Notes: generated by a model not told the origin, from the letters alone. A stretch of 62,915 nt of DNA, filler included, from Catajapyx aquilonaris (GCA_000934665.2; 3 parts of 3 records of this genome joined end to end with filler, not necessarily neighbours in it), one strand, 5' to 3'. Counted from the whole stretch's first letter, positions 23,894 to 37,505 are shown. Numbers and translations: made by a program.

Positions 23894-25039
23894 TGGAATT
23901 AGTGCAGGTTAAAATTACTGATATTGCTTTCTGAAGCAAAATAGCGGCTTTCAATATGAAAATATATTGCTATTTTTATACGATTGTTTTGACAGAAATG
24001 TGGCGTATTTATTATATTAGGGAAAGCGGAGTGGCGCAGTCGGCAATATGTTAATCCATAGAATTAATTGTCCCGGGTTCATATTTTTGAGTGATAATAT
24101 ACACAGTACATGTAGGCCCTACGTAAAGCCCACATTGAAGGGTGGGGCAAAATGTCAGGGTCTCAGCTGGTAAGCTAATTGTTAGACATATTTCAATGAT
24201 TTACATATTTTTTGTGTTTGAAAATATCGGGTTAGAAGTTAATAAATTATTAATATTACCCCCCCCCCCCCTCCCTCCAACACCGTCAGAAGTGTCTCGT
24301 TACTGTATACTGTACATTGATCGAGATTGATCCGGATATTTGGCTTCCAAGCCGCTACGAGTCGCTTTACAACTCTCTGCTTGGCCTGCCCTCTCTCAAC
24401 GGTAGGCTGAACCAAGAACTCACTTTTCATTAGCCCGATCAGAGTGTCGTTAATTGGCTAACAAAGGACGTGTATGTCACACGTACTTCAACTACGAATT
24501 ACTTATGGGTTGCCTTGAATATTTCGACAATTTTCGCCAATTCAGTTGTGCCATTTTTGTGAAATACAAACGTATGAAACATTGAAAATCGTGCGAATAT
24601 CTTTCAAACACATTAGCCTTAATTGCACTCAATTAAAAACACAGGTTGATTGTTGTCAACAATGTCTTCACAATAATTACTGCCCATATCATTATTGTTC
24701 TAAAGTTGGTTTGTACGTACTAGTTTGATTCAGTCTAATTAATTGTTATTGTTGGCCTGTATTTCATCGCAACAATCAGCAACAATGACATACGGCCAAG
24801 TCGACATTTTACCGATTGATATAAACATGCCGCACTATTTTCCAATTATTAAAAAGTAGAAAGAAATATAACTCTCAATAATCCGTCCCCGTTTCCATTC
24901 AAGGGCCCACACATTGTTAACCTTCCCCCTTTTTTTTAAAAAAAAACCTACAATTAAATTGTTAAGCTAAACTAATAGTGTTCGCTCTCCCATAAATAAC
25001 TCATCAAATGCTGCTAAACGCAACTCATTGTTGGATACA

Positions 25040-25536
25040 CAATTTGATTGGACCAAACATAACATTGTTGCACCTTTCATGCAACAATGAATTATTATTT
25101 TTTCTTTTTTTCCCCGGACCTGTTCTGACCAGTGGCGCCTCGTCTCGACCGCGATCAAACCTGGAAGCTACATCTGTAGACAATCTGGCTCTGTGATTGG
25201 CTCTCTGGATATCACGTGCTCTGCGAAAACGATATCGATTGGTCCCCAGGACTGCCGGGCAACTTGAGGCAGGCCTTTTGCAGTGTGATTCTGCATCTGT
25301 GGCTTTTCGGTGTGCCTGTTGTCGGGTCTCTCTCTCCCCCTCCAACAATACGCAGCAACAATTAAGGAAGAGGAAAAAAATTACGACGAACAGAAAAAAT
25401 CAACAATTGGCTCTGTGCGGATTTGCGAAAAAAAATACATATTTTTCCTTCGAGGGAAAAAATTTCTTTTAATTTTTTAACATTTTTAGTTTTATTTATT
25501 TAATATTTCAAAAGCGGCGGGCCTGAGGAGGTGAGT
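25040..25536 (+). promoter_or_regulatory. Putative promoter and non-coding first exon
   Basis: ATTGG (CCAAT) boxes at 25047, 25196 and 25238, CACGTG at 25213, DRE-like tatcgat at about 25233, CpG-rich, strong donor GAG|GTGAGT at 25531. Confidence 0.4.
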
Positions 25537-26949
25537 GTTGGATGTTACAACAAGTGTCTGTGGTTGTTTGCATGCCAAATATTTTTTTACGCAAAAAAAT
25601 TAGCGGATGGTTTTTTTTGCGGGATGTGTTACAGTGTACATTTTACGCGCGCTTGATGCAGTTTTCATGTGCGGAGTTTGCGAAATTGTTGCCAACAATT
25701 GCGACAAATTGATGCGAAATGTTCGACGTGTTTAGCTTTGAATTGATATTAGCGTTTGCAATTATTTTCGATAAACATTGCCACAAGTTTGCGAAGAATA
25801 ATTTGTTATGCCACCTGCTGCATACCAAATAGTCAAAATGCGATATTTTATTTGCAAAATAATTGCCAATAAATACTTAAGTCGATTTTAGTGCAGTACC
25901 CTCCACTTGCACATAAATAGCGTACTCTATATGTATTATTTATCACATACTCTATTCCGGACGGCATAAATATTTGTCTATTATACGCAACACTGTAATG
26001 TTGCCTTGAGCAATCATTCATTATTTTCGCTGTTTCTCTTTGAACTTAATTTAATGAACAAGCTATATTGTAAAATGATGTTTCATTAATTAAGAGATCA
26101 GTTTTTTTTGCCACTAAGCTGCCTATTAATAATTTGTTATACTGTCTGAAAAAAATATTAAGTTGATGAAAAGGACTCTAATTGCGATAAATAGCGCTCA
26201 TGAAAATGACACATTAGCTGTCAATCTCTACATATTTTGAATAAATTTTGAATATTTCACCTAATATTTTAAAGCACTTAACATTATATGAAATTTCAAA
26301 ACGAGGCTTTAAAATAACCAGAGTTTGAAAAATCGTAACAAATATGCTCGCACATACACTACAAAAAATTGCAAAACGGATTATTTCAGTTGAAAAAATG
26401 ACAAATATTTCCAAAAATATATATTCAGAAGTTTCCCTAATTATGTACGAAACTATTTCAATTAAATGTTCTTAAAATTATTTTGAACCTTAAATTAGGC
26501 CAATTTCTATTTTGACGCCTTCGCCTTTTGTTGCACATACTTTTTGGTCCCCCCAAAAAATTTGACCCAAATTTTTTCGCAAATTTCGGCCCATTTCTTC
26601 GACCAGTCTCCTTAACAGCACACTACCCCCTCGCGACACTGTCTCCAAAAGTTGCGCATCTTGAGACTCCCAACCTCCTTCTCCAGCCCAAAACCATGAA
26701 GACCGCAGAAGGAGGCTTGCCTAGGTCGTTGCGGTTTGCATCAAATAGAGGCCCCTCAAAACATCATCCGTTTCACCGCATATATGTACACATGTAATTT
26801 GCTCCCTAAAAAAAGGGGGGGGGGACGCAGGACAGGTGTAAGATTTCACCTGGCGATGAGAGAAGCACTGTATCGGGTCAATATAGTCCGGCTAGTTAAA
26901 TACCGCATTGGTGCAGTGCGTATCTAGCTTTTATAATATAAAAAAGAAA

Positions 26950-27985
26950 CTCCAGTTACATACGAGTAACTACCGCAAACATGTCCAATAATTAGGTAGC
27001 TAATTTCACTTTTTTTAAATTGTATTATTAGTTATATTAATTATTAATTTCAATCGTTGAATCTCTGAACTGATATCTCCATTACAGAGTTTGTTTGTTT
27101 GTTTGTCCAGGTTTATTTTAACTCCGGTTATGACGAAGTATATATCTAGCAGTCAAGTCGTAAAATTAAATTATTAATCATATTAATTATGAATTCAACA
27201 ACAACAACAACAACAACATCACGACATTTCCCTATGAGGGGTAGTCAGCGATGAAGGGAGATGCAAGCTAACCCAACATATGAACTAATTATGAATTCAA
27301 ATCGTTATAAACCTCTCGAATGGTATCTCTATTATTGTAAAATGCATAGATCGTTTGTTTGTTTGTTTGTTTGTTTGCTAGTCCACGTTTATATATGACT
27401 CGGGTTATATCGAAGTAGGTAACTAGCTAAGACATTCCCAATAATTAGCTAGTTATTTTATTTTTAAAATTGCACTAGTAGTCATAGTTGTTATAATTAT
27501 CTATTATTGTAAAAGGCGTACCGGTATATCGTTTGTTTGTTTGTCAAGTCCGGTTATATGGAAGTAACTAGAGTAAACGTGACCAACGATTAGCAAGTTA
27601 ACTTTATTTTTAAAATATGATTATTAATCTTAATTATTGATTTAAATCGTTAAACCTTTTAAGCTGTTATCGCTATTATTGTAAAAGGCATCTAGATTGT
27701 TTGATTGTTTGTCCAGGTTTGTATATAACTCAGGTTATATCGGAGTATCTAGCTCAGACATGTCCGGAAATTCGCTAGTCAATTTAATCAATTTTTAAAG
27801 AATATTCTGAATCATATTAATTATTAATTCAAATCATTAAACCTCTTTACTGTTATCGCTGTGATTATAAAAGACAAAGTTTGTTTGGTTGTTTGTCCTG
27901 GTTAAAACGTGTTAAAACAGGTTATAATGGAAACACGCTTACCTGATTGTTGATTATACGACTTAATATTTATTTAAATTAATTA
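26950..27985. repeat. Degenerate tandem array, about five units of 150-190 bp each with a (GTTT)n core
   Basis: Recurring gtttgtttgtccaggttt..actc.ggttata..gaagta.ctag blocks. Confidence 0.75.
27199..27285 (-). mobile_element. 5'-truncated retroposon 3' end with (TTG)n tail
   Basis: 15-bp TSD taattatgaattcaa (27184-27198, 27286-27300); resembles the insert at 13421-13536. Confidence 0.75.
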
Positions 27986-30900
27986 TTAAAATTGGTAGAT
28001 GTCTCGGGCAGTATACGAGATATCGGTTGGTTGCGCCAGGGGGATGGCGTCGGGTTTCAAGGTCTCGGGATTAGTCGGGCCAGGTGGCCCTCAAGGTCGC
28101 TCCTGGGAAGGACAGTCCAGGGATGGGCAGACTTTGGCTAGATTTTGGCAGAATAAGCCGCTTAGCCCACGTTGTTTGTAAGCTCTCGACTTAAGCCGGT
28201 GTCGGCCTGATTAGTGCCTAGACATTTCTAGAGAGAGGGTGGGGTGGGGAGGGGGTAGGGGGAAGCTAATTAATTGAGCGATAATTATTTTTCGGAGATT
28301 AGATCCTTGATCCGTATGTCTATTTTTGGTTGTGGCTCTCTAATTTATTCGTCCTAGTTTTAGAGAGAGAAGACGAGGATTGGCCCACATGTGCTCATAC
28401 TGTATGCGCATTACAGTGAGGTGCACTGTACTGCAAAAGTGGGGCTGCAGTAAATCCGCAAATAAACCAAGTAATTGATGCAGGGTGAAGTAAATCCACA
28501 AAAGTTTGGAACAAACTCTCGACCTTTCTAACTTGATAGTGTTGATAGTTGAGCATAACATGTGCATAGTGTCTGTAATTTTTTTCTGACTTGAAGTACA
28601 TATAATTGCAATATCTGCGACTTTAAAATAGCAACAATGCCCGTCTTTCAATATAAAAATTATTGTACAAAAAAAATGTCGATACTATTGATTCCGGTCT
28701 GTTGCAATTACTTGGCATTAGTCGACATGATATGTATTCATCGGGAGGTTGGTACAGGGTGCTGCATTTCAGATATCGAAAATTGCCTCACTTATCTGTT
28801 TCATTATTAAAAATTACTATTCTTCAAAAGTTCAATAGTGCATTGCAAGAATTCAGAATGTTTGTGAATATTATTAGGAATTTTTAGGCTTCATGATTTG
28901 AAGGAGCTAAGCCAATTTTTAACGGGATTTATGCATATACAATGTGTTTAAAAGTGCAGGATTTTTCTGATTTAAAGAAAAATTAGCCCATGTTTACCTA
29001 TCTTTAACTACATGAAATTATGATTTGTGTGAATAATGAAGATTTTGGTGAATGTTTAACATTAGGATTTGTGTTGATTTGTGGGGGATTAGATTATCTC
29101 TATTATTCAAACAAATACTTGCGAATATATATTGAAGATTTATAGATGAATTGATTTGTGTTAATTATGGAAAATTATAGGTGATTCTAATATACCGGGA
29201 GGTGAATGTGTACGGAGAATTATTTTATGTAATTAGGCCTAATTAGGATTTATGTGGATTTGGAGGAATGACATGATTTGTAGGAAGATTTGAGACTGCT
29301 CATTGAGGATGTATACACGAATAACTGATTTGCGCTCATTTACGTGATTCTGAAAAAGATACGTGATAATTTATGAAAATTCAGCGAATGATTTGTGCGA
29401 ATAATTTCAGAATTTATGTGTTTTAAATAAAGATGTCTGAAAATTTTGTGTGCATTTATAGATGACGTTGATTCATCTCATAAATTCCCCCAAAAAATGA
29501 TAATCCGGATTTGCAATAAATTCGTAGCTAGCACATCGTACAATGTTCACAATGTCTCCCCATCCTCCAGACATCTCAACCCTGACCTCTCCATCCCTCC
29601 TAGGTACCTTGGTGTAGCACTAACTTTCTAAGTGGATTGACGTTGGTGGGCATCGATCGTCAGCGGTCCCCACCTGCCTCCAGGCCCCTCTAGCTCCAGA
29701 TGATTCTAGTCTTCTAGACATTTTACCCGCAACTAATCAGCCCATGTGTCGCAATCACATTTTCTGATGGATGTACCGTCATTCCTATACGCGTCTTGTA
29801 CTAATCGCTGGACTTTAACTTTAACCACGTTCATTATCGGACATGTCGATCACCCTTAAAGACTAGCCATCCGCTTAGCCATCCGCTTATCCCTCCACCT
29901 GGTCTCACCAAAGACACCTGTTATGATGTTGCATACCACTGCGGTACCAAAGTTCTTGTGTTTTTAGGTCGATCCAACTCTGGCTGGAACCAATCAATGG
30001 TTGCGTGACGATTAAAATGGCGCAGAACACATTGTGTGTTATTGATGATCAAATTGCAACCTAGGGAATGATTAGCAAACATGACTTCTTTTTTTTGTTT
30101 TTTGTAAAAAGAATTCAAGTGAAGAAAAAATTATCCAGTGGCAATGCGGATGCTCGTCCAACCTGGTGTAGTACTGCCATTACGGCCCCGAGGGTTGCTA
30201 GGGTCGTTATAAATTTTACAAGTCTCTAGGATTGACCACTACTTCCTGAACGTGCTTCGGGTGTCAAATTGGGGAGGGTTTAAAAATATGCGGAGAGTAG
30301 TTTTATGGTTCCAGAGAGGCTGTTAATTGCTGATGTGACGATGGTGGTGACACTTTCTGAAGATATTTTTTTTGATCGTGAGATTTTTTGGTTTTAAAAT
30401 GTGAAACCTCAACAGTCCAATAATTTTAATGTGACATGTCCGTAACAATATACGCGACAGACCTTCGGGGGGTATGGCCCAACTGTGTGTATACGCAACA
30501 TCCGCCGCATTTGGGGCCTGCATAAACACCATGTCAGAACCTCACTTATCACTAATTCATCACTGTGCTGAATAGCGGTCATTGTTGCCACAACGCGCCA
30601 TTTCGGTATAATAAACCGGGGGACGCTCTGCAGTCGGACTAAACATGAAACAGATATTCCATATGTAACAAATTGTTATTACTCCAAAATATTACAGAAG
30701 TCAAACTGCATTGTTAACTATCTGACACACGTCCAGCATGTTACTGTAGTAGTGGTTTTGAACTGGAGTCTCTCAAGTCCCGAGATTGTTAAGCCCTGCT
30801 GCGACAATTATTCCCGCTTAATTCCCTGTTTTCATTATGAAAACAAAGGGGCCGAGCTTTTCCCTTGCACATCTGCCATCTCTTAATAAAGATGAGCTCG

Positions 30901-31048
30901 TGATTAACTAATTGCAACTCCGACCGCAGCCAAGAAAGAAACCCTCTGCAACAGTCTCACTTCTAGCGTCGGAATTGATTCAGTTCAGAAACTTCAATCC
31001 GAGAAAATAGTGGATCTTAAATAATTAATTTTGGGGGATTAGTGCACC

Positions 31049-31772
31049 AGAGACTAGTAGCGTCGCTCTGACGGCGATATGGCCTACTAGAGCAGCCATA
31101 TTGGCTCAGATCCCCAGCCAACTAGGCTAGAGTGGTGGCAAAGCTATGATGGCCACACGATAAAGTAGGGCCGCCATATTGGTTCAAATCGACAGTAGCG
31201 ACCCTCTGACGGCGATTCTCCAAAGTATAGCGTCGCCATCGTGGCTTAGGTCGACAGTGGCGACGCTCTGATGGTCACACGCCGAACTGGGGCAGCCATA
31301 TTGGTTCAAATTGATAGTAGCGACCCTCTGACGGCGATTCTCCAAAGTATAGCGTCGCCAGCGTGGCATAAGTCGACAGTGGCGACGCTCTGATGGTCAC
31401 ACACCACACTAAGGCAGCCATATTGGTTCAGATCGACAGTAGCGACGCTCTGATAGCCACACGTCAAACTAGGGCGGTCATCATGACTCAAAGCGACACT
31501 AGCCACGCTCTGTTGGTGATGCAGCGAACTAGGTAGTTACATTGGTTGAAATTAACAGCAGCGACGCTCTGATGGCGATACAGGGAACTAGTTCGCTATC
31601 TTTGTTCAAAGCGACTGTGGGGACGCTCTGATGGCAATACAGAGAACTAGTTCGCTATCTTTGTTCAAAGAGACTGTGGCGACGCTCTGATGTCCACATG
31701 GCAAACTAAAGCCACCATCGTGGCTCAGATCGACAGTGGCGACGCTCTGACGGCAAATCCACAAACTTGGCC
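31049..31772. repeat. Minisatellite, 12 units of about 60 bp
   Basis: Core gacagt(a/g)gcgac(g/c)ctctga(t/c)ggc every 59-62 bp, with a partial 122-bp dimeric higher-order repeat. Confidence 0.9.
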
Positions 31773-33631
31773 AACTTTTTCGTGAGAATTTCATTCCCTC
31801 TCAGCCCGTCTTCCCCCCAATAGACAAAACTTTCTCCTGGTAGAGGACAAAGTTCCCCATTTTATGGACATTACATCATGTACGGGCTTCTGGGGACGAG
31901 ATGTGCCGCATTGCAGCTCGGAAAACTCAAACTGCCAGGGGCCCTCCCCGAGAAAAAGGGGGAGAGAGGGAGTGACCTAGACGGTATTGCGTGTGGCATA
32001 GAACATTCTATGAAGGGGGGGGGGGCGAGAGGGGGGGGAGGGGGGAGTAGTTTGGTTTGGAACGCAGGTTTCGTCTCTAGGCCAAGACCTGACGTGACAA
32101 CTCGTCCACGCCACTGGGTCCACACACACACACAAAATATAATTCTTCCGGGCTACAGTCAGACCTAGTTAAAGACGATTTTTTAAGCCCTTTCTTTGTT
32201 AAGTCCTAGGATTTGGGCCCGTCTTTTAAGGTTGGATTAGCAATTGAATAAATGGGGATCTGATAGATTCTGAAGGATAGACACCAAAAAAATAGAGAGA
32301 GAGCTAAGAGGGCTCGGCAGTAATCCTTCCGGCTATTGTTCGATTTCTATTTTTATCAAAATAATGGGTTTCCCAGGTCTATTTTAGCAGGGGTGGGGGG
32401 GGGATGGGGGGCGGAATTGATCCAATTGGGGCCAAGTAGATAGGCCCCTGCCACCATGCAGTTTCGAAGGAGAGGAAAAATGCGGTTGAAAGGCGAGAAG
32501 TATGAGGTGAAATAAACGTGACACGTGATCGATAGGCTGCTTAGACGGATCAGACGTCGCCATTTTGTATCCAACAAGTGTAATCCGAACGAAAAGTCAA
32601 GCCAAAGTTGTTTTGACGTCTTCTTATCGGTAGGTTTATTTATTTATTTGTTTGTTTGTTTGTTTATGTATTCATATACAAGGTGTTCCAAATTCGTAGG
32701 TCATTTTTTGTAGCATGTTGTGCCCCTAACTAGTGCCCCATTCTATATAACAACTACTGTACTATATTCGGCCCACTGAGAGTAATGGGGAACATAGCTA
32801 ATATGGGCACAAGCTACAAAAAATAACTACTATCGGGTGATATAATTTATTTAAAAACGACCCACGAATTTGGAACACTATTGATCTATTTCCTGATTAT
32901 TTAAGTCACAACTATAACAATCATGCAAATAGAGTGTAAATTATCTTTTAGTGAGATGGACTGAACGAACAGTGGAACGATTTTTTAAAAATACATATAT
33001 TTAGTTAATTTTATAGCGAATTTGTTCATTATAGCCAACTTTTTTTTTTCGTAATATTATTTTCCTCCGCACCTTATAGTCACCGCCAACAAGGCGAGAA
33101 TGCGATAAAATAAGCATGACATGATCGATTCCCTCGTCACGACGGAGACGACAGGCATCCATTTTGAATCCCTCCCACCAGCCATTCCGCCTCCCCAATT
33201 TTCTCAGAAGGTATCGAACTCCTGTAAATATACATGACCTCCCCCCTCCCCCCCCTCTCCCCCATTCTCCCAAATATTGAGACAAGGCCCGATTGTAGTT
33301 ACAGGGTGCAGAGAAGGCCTGACAACTCGATACTGGTGGTTCCGGTTCAAAACATTTTGTCACTGCGAAAGAGAGAAAAGAGAGCTGCGTGTCAATTCAC
33401 AATCACGCACCTTTTCCACCTCACGCAAAAGAGGCACATGCATGCACTGTATTCCCCTCCACAGCTCACTATACATGTACTCAATCATCTAGAAGCATTA
33501 CCTTCCAAAGTCATAGACAATTTTTATCGTCAAACGTTCCGCCATGTCGCTGTCGAAATGAAAATAACTGCATTTGGTCACCCACGACAGGAAGAACCAG
33601 TCCTCACGACAATCAAATGTCAACAACAGCA

Positions 33632-33635
<4 letters not shown>

Positions 33636-33708
<73 letters not shown>
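33636..33708. repeat. (AAT)n microsatellite
   Basis: Perfect trinucleotide run. Confidence 0.95.
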
Positions 33709-33709
<1 letters not shown>

Positions 33710-34099
33710 GCGCCATGTTTAAAATAACTGCGATTTTAACACAACTGCGAGTGGAAAATAGCGCTTAAGTCATACCAGCATCGCAATCATTTTTAATAAT
33801 AAATATTATTAATTGATAAATAAAACGGTCGTGTGTAAAGTTATGTCACGGTATCGGCCATTTGAGACCCTTAAAGCGCTTTAAAGTTCCAGTCAACAAT
33901 ACCAGGCAAAATTGACACGTGTCCGTCAAAAATTCGGCGATGTGTGATCCGCGCTTTAACGCTCGATTGCACAAAAGAAGCGGCTAAACACATAACAGGT
34001 TGAGGCGATGCGATGGGTTTAAACAAACGATTTCTTTTTAAGCGCTGAGTTAATGAGATTTGCATTTTTAAATAATAAAAAAAACTGAGCATGTTACAT

Positions 34100-35025
34100 C
34101 ATTTTTAAAATGGATTCGAGGTTGCAGGTTCGATTCCAGTGAAGATCTATTTTTTTTATTAATCATGTATTACTTTTGAACACATTTATTTGGAGGTAGA
34201 AAGTTCCAGACACGTTTAGGGGCACACTTTCATTTTTTCCCCAACAAATTAAGATACAGTACAAAAATTTGAAACGAATTTAAAGGCGAGGTTGCAGGTT
34301 CGATGCCCGTTCAGGGCAATTTTCTTTCTAATCAGGCATTATTGCTAAACACATTTATTTTTAGGTTGCAGGTTGGAAAGGCACAGTTTTATTTTTTCTA
34401 TAAATTAAGCTACCCCCATTTAAAAAATTTAAACAAATTTAAATGCGAAGGTGTTTTTTTTAATTACCTCGTGATAGGGCGGAGCCCTTGTAGGGGGGTG
34501 GCATACCACAGTCAGTTTTTCTTCGATTTTGCTTACTCTTACTTCTCACATGGGTGGGGCCAAGGATAGGGACGGAAAGAAGCGGCTGTGGCCTACGTTT
34601 ACGGAAACGATCCCGGAATTATCCTGTGAGAAACCACAGAAAACCACTGCCTGGGTCGCCGGCCATGGGATTCAAACCCAGGATCTCCCTCTTAGCAAGC
34701 GGACTCCATATCCACTACACCAACCTGCTTAAGTGTTTAAATACGAAGCTACACGTTCGAACCCCGTTCAGGGCAATGTTTTTAAATCATGAATTATTTT
34801 AAACGCTTTTATTTAAAGGTTGCAGACCCGTTCAGGGTGTTTCAGATTTTTTCCAACAAATTAAGCTGCATTACATTAAGTTATTTTAAAATAAATTTAA
34901 AGACGAGTTTGCAGGTTCGATTCCAGTTCAGGACAACCCCATTTTTATCCTGCATTATACAGTATAATTTTTAAAGTCATTTTATTTACATGTTGCAGGT
35001 TCGATCCCCGTTCAGGACACATTTT
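34100..35025 (+). repeat. Degenerate tandem array of B-box-containing units
   Basis: gttgcaggttcgat(t/c)cc.gttcagg recurs at about 34121, 34291, 34750, 34908 and 34992. Confidence 0.7.
34462..34733 (-). mobile_element. tRNA(Ser-like) SINE, diverged copy
   Basis: Homologous to the 40620 family, including the ctatcacgaggta tail. Confidence 0.75.
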
Positions 35026-35710
35026 TATCCTGACATTTGATGCCTCCCATCAGCCTTCCTCGCTCACAGGGTGGCCCGCGTTCCAGGATGTCGTATCGGG
35101 GGTACCCTTAACAATGGAAACATTTCGAGCGATATTCAATCACACCCCGAGCCACGTCTGGGGAACACAAAACACATCCGGAGGAGTCGCAACAGACGAA
35201 CGGCGGTTTCGCCATTTTCGCCAGATAAAATCGCCATCTCGCCCGGCTTTTGAATTGAAAGAGGGGGGGCCTGTGACGAAACATGAACAAAAAAATCGCA
35301 CGCGGTTTGGTATTGTCGCTTGCAAAACTTTGTTCCCGTATTCGCTGGGTTTGTGCCAGCGGTTTATTTGGAAGCTGCTGTCCAGTTTAACAGCAATTAT
35401 CGTGAAACCAGCTGGAACCTTTTCCAATTACAACCAAAAAAAAATGTCGATTCGCCCTCTAGCGACGGAAAATTTTTTCCCGCCACGCTTTTTTTTCTCG
35501 CTCTCGCGATAACAAAAAAACAGACGTTTACATAGCAAAGCACATGTTATCACGCACTCGCCGCAACGCTTAATTGAACTCATTGAAATTTTGGGGGCCA
35601 GAATAACCCTCATTAATCCGTGAAGCCTGTTTACAACAACAAAGACAAGCTTCGCCCGAAAATGGCCGCCTCCATGGGGAGGTGGGGGGGGGGGGACCCT
35701 AAATGACCGG

Positions 35711-36236
35711 CCTCTGAGCCAATAAAAAAAGGCCAAGCTTGATATCGCTCCGGGGTTGACACCATATAACCTAGGTCACTTTTGTGACATCCATAGGTCA
35801 AATATTGACCCAATGAAACCGGAGCTAATTAACAGCCCTTTTAAGAATTTTTGGAGAGAGAAAGTCTTATAGCACGGCTCTGTCTGTCTGTCTGTATGTC
35901 TGTCTGTGGACAGGTATCAGACAGATAGAGCCGCGCTATAAGATTTTAGAGAAAAGGTCTTATAGCACGGCTCTGTCTGTCTGTCTGTCTGTCTGTCTGC
36001 GGACAGGTATCAGACAGACAGAGCCGTGCTATAAGGTTGTTTTCTCGAATAAGTCTAAAACTGGAGCAAATTAACAGGCAGTTTTAGACTTATTCGAGAA
36101 AAAACTTATATCACGGCTGTGTCTGTTTGTCTCATGCCTATCCACAGACAGACAGACAGACAGACAGAGTCGTGCTCTAAGACTTTTTCTCGAAAATCTA
36201 CTAGCACGGCTCTGTCTGTCTGTCTGATACCTGCCC

Positions 36237-36279
<43 letters not shown>

Positions 36280-36476
36280 GGTATCAGACAGACAGACAGA
36301 CAGACAGAGCCGTGCTATAAGACTTTTTCTCGAAAAAGTCTGAAAAGCGCTGTTAATTAGCTCCGGTTTCATTGGGTCACTATTTGACCTACGGATGTCA
36401 TAAAAGTGACCTAGGTTCATATAGTGTCAACCCCGGAGCGATATCAAGCTCGTCCTTTTTTTTATTGGCTCAGAGG
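35711..36476. mobile_element. Fold-back element with nested (TCTG)n hairpin modules
   Basis: About 180-bp TIRs cctctgagccaataaaaaaa... and four internal tatagcacggctctgtctg..cagacagagccgtgctata-type modules around a central hairpin at about 36040-36103. Confidence 0.8.
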
Positions 36477-36789
36477 TTGGCAAGAGTTCCGGGACTTAAG
36501 GACCTGTGAGACTCCGGCGATGGGCTACTTGAGCCACTCCGGTCTCGCGCCAGGGCAACTTGCCCTGCCCGGAAATAAGGGATCATCCGGATTATTTCGG
36601 TTAAGATAACCCAGATGTACTCGATGGGAATGGCTGGTAATTTTTCGGTGGGGGAAAAAGAGAGGGAGTCGGTTGGCCTCATTGGGAAACGGGGATTACT
36701 ACCTGTGCTGGAGCCGTTAGAGCAGGGTTGCCAACAGGTCGGATGTTCATATATGCTTAAAGGGGATGGGTTGGTGTTGAAATTCTGTG

Positions 36790-37505
36790 CAAAGGTGGAG
36801 ATTAGCGAGAAAATCATAGCTAACACGAGCGTGAACGTAAGAGAGAACGTGGGCAGTAGCGAGGACATTAGCGTGAACATGAAACGACAGCGTGAACGTG
36901 TCCAGAAAACCAGCGTAAGCCAGAATGTGGATATTAGCAAGAATATCAGCACGAAGAAAAGCGTGAACTAAAGCAACAAAGTAAGCGAGAAATTGGAATT
37001 AGCGAGAATATTAGTGTGAAAATGAACGAGAAGGTGAGCGTGAATATCAGAGTGAACGTAAGCGAAAAAGTGGACAATTAGCAAGAATATTATGTTTGCG
37101 CTAATTTCAATTCTTTATCGCTTATGTTCACTCTCTTGTTCACGCTGATATTCTTGCTACTCGCTTACGTTTACGCTGGTTTTCACGTTCACGTTCACGC
37201 ACTAGTTCATGCTCACGTGATTGTCATCTCTACTGTTCACGTTCTCGCTTACATTTACTCTCTTGTTCGCGTTGATTTTCTCGCTTATCTCCACGTTCTC
37301 GCAAATGTTCTCGTTTACATTCACGCTCTTGTTCGCGCTGATTTTCGCACTTACCTCCATGTTCTCGCTAATGTTCTCGCTTACGTTCACGCTCCTGTTC
37401 TCCTTGATAATTATTGTAGCCAATTTCCACCTCCTCGCAAGAGCGTAAACGTAAACGTGAAAACCAGCGTAAACGTAAGCGAGTAGCAAGAATATCAGCA
37501 CGAAC
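36790..37505. repeat. Hexamer-periodic CpG-rich low-complexity tract (AACGTG/AGCGAG) with strand switches
   Basis: Purine-rich orientation at 36790-37090, inverted at 37095-37440, reverting at 37440-37505. Confidence 0.8.

Noticed and set aside
31049..31772. CRISPR-like repeat/spacer appearance
   Set aside because: The linkers are homologous to each other (some near-identical), the repeats are degenerate, there are no cas genes, and the context is eukaryotic.
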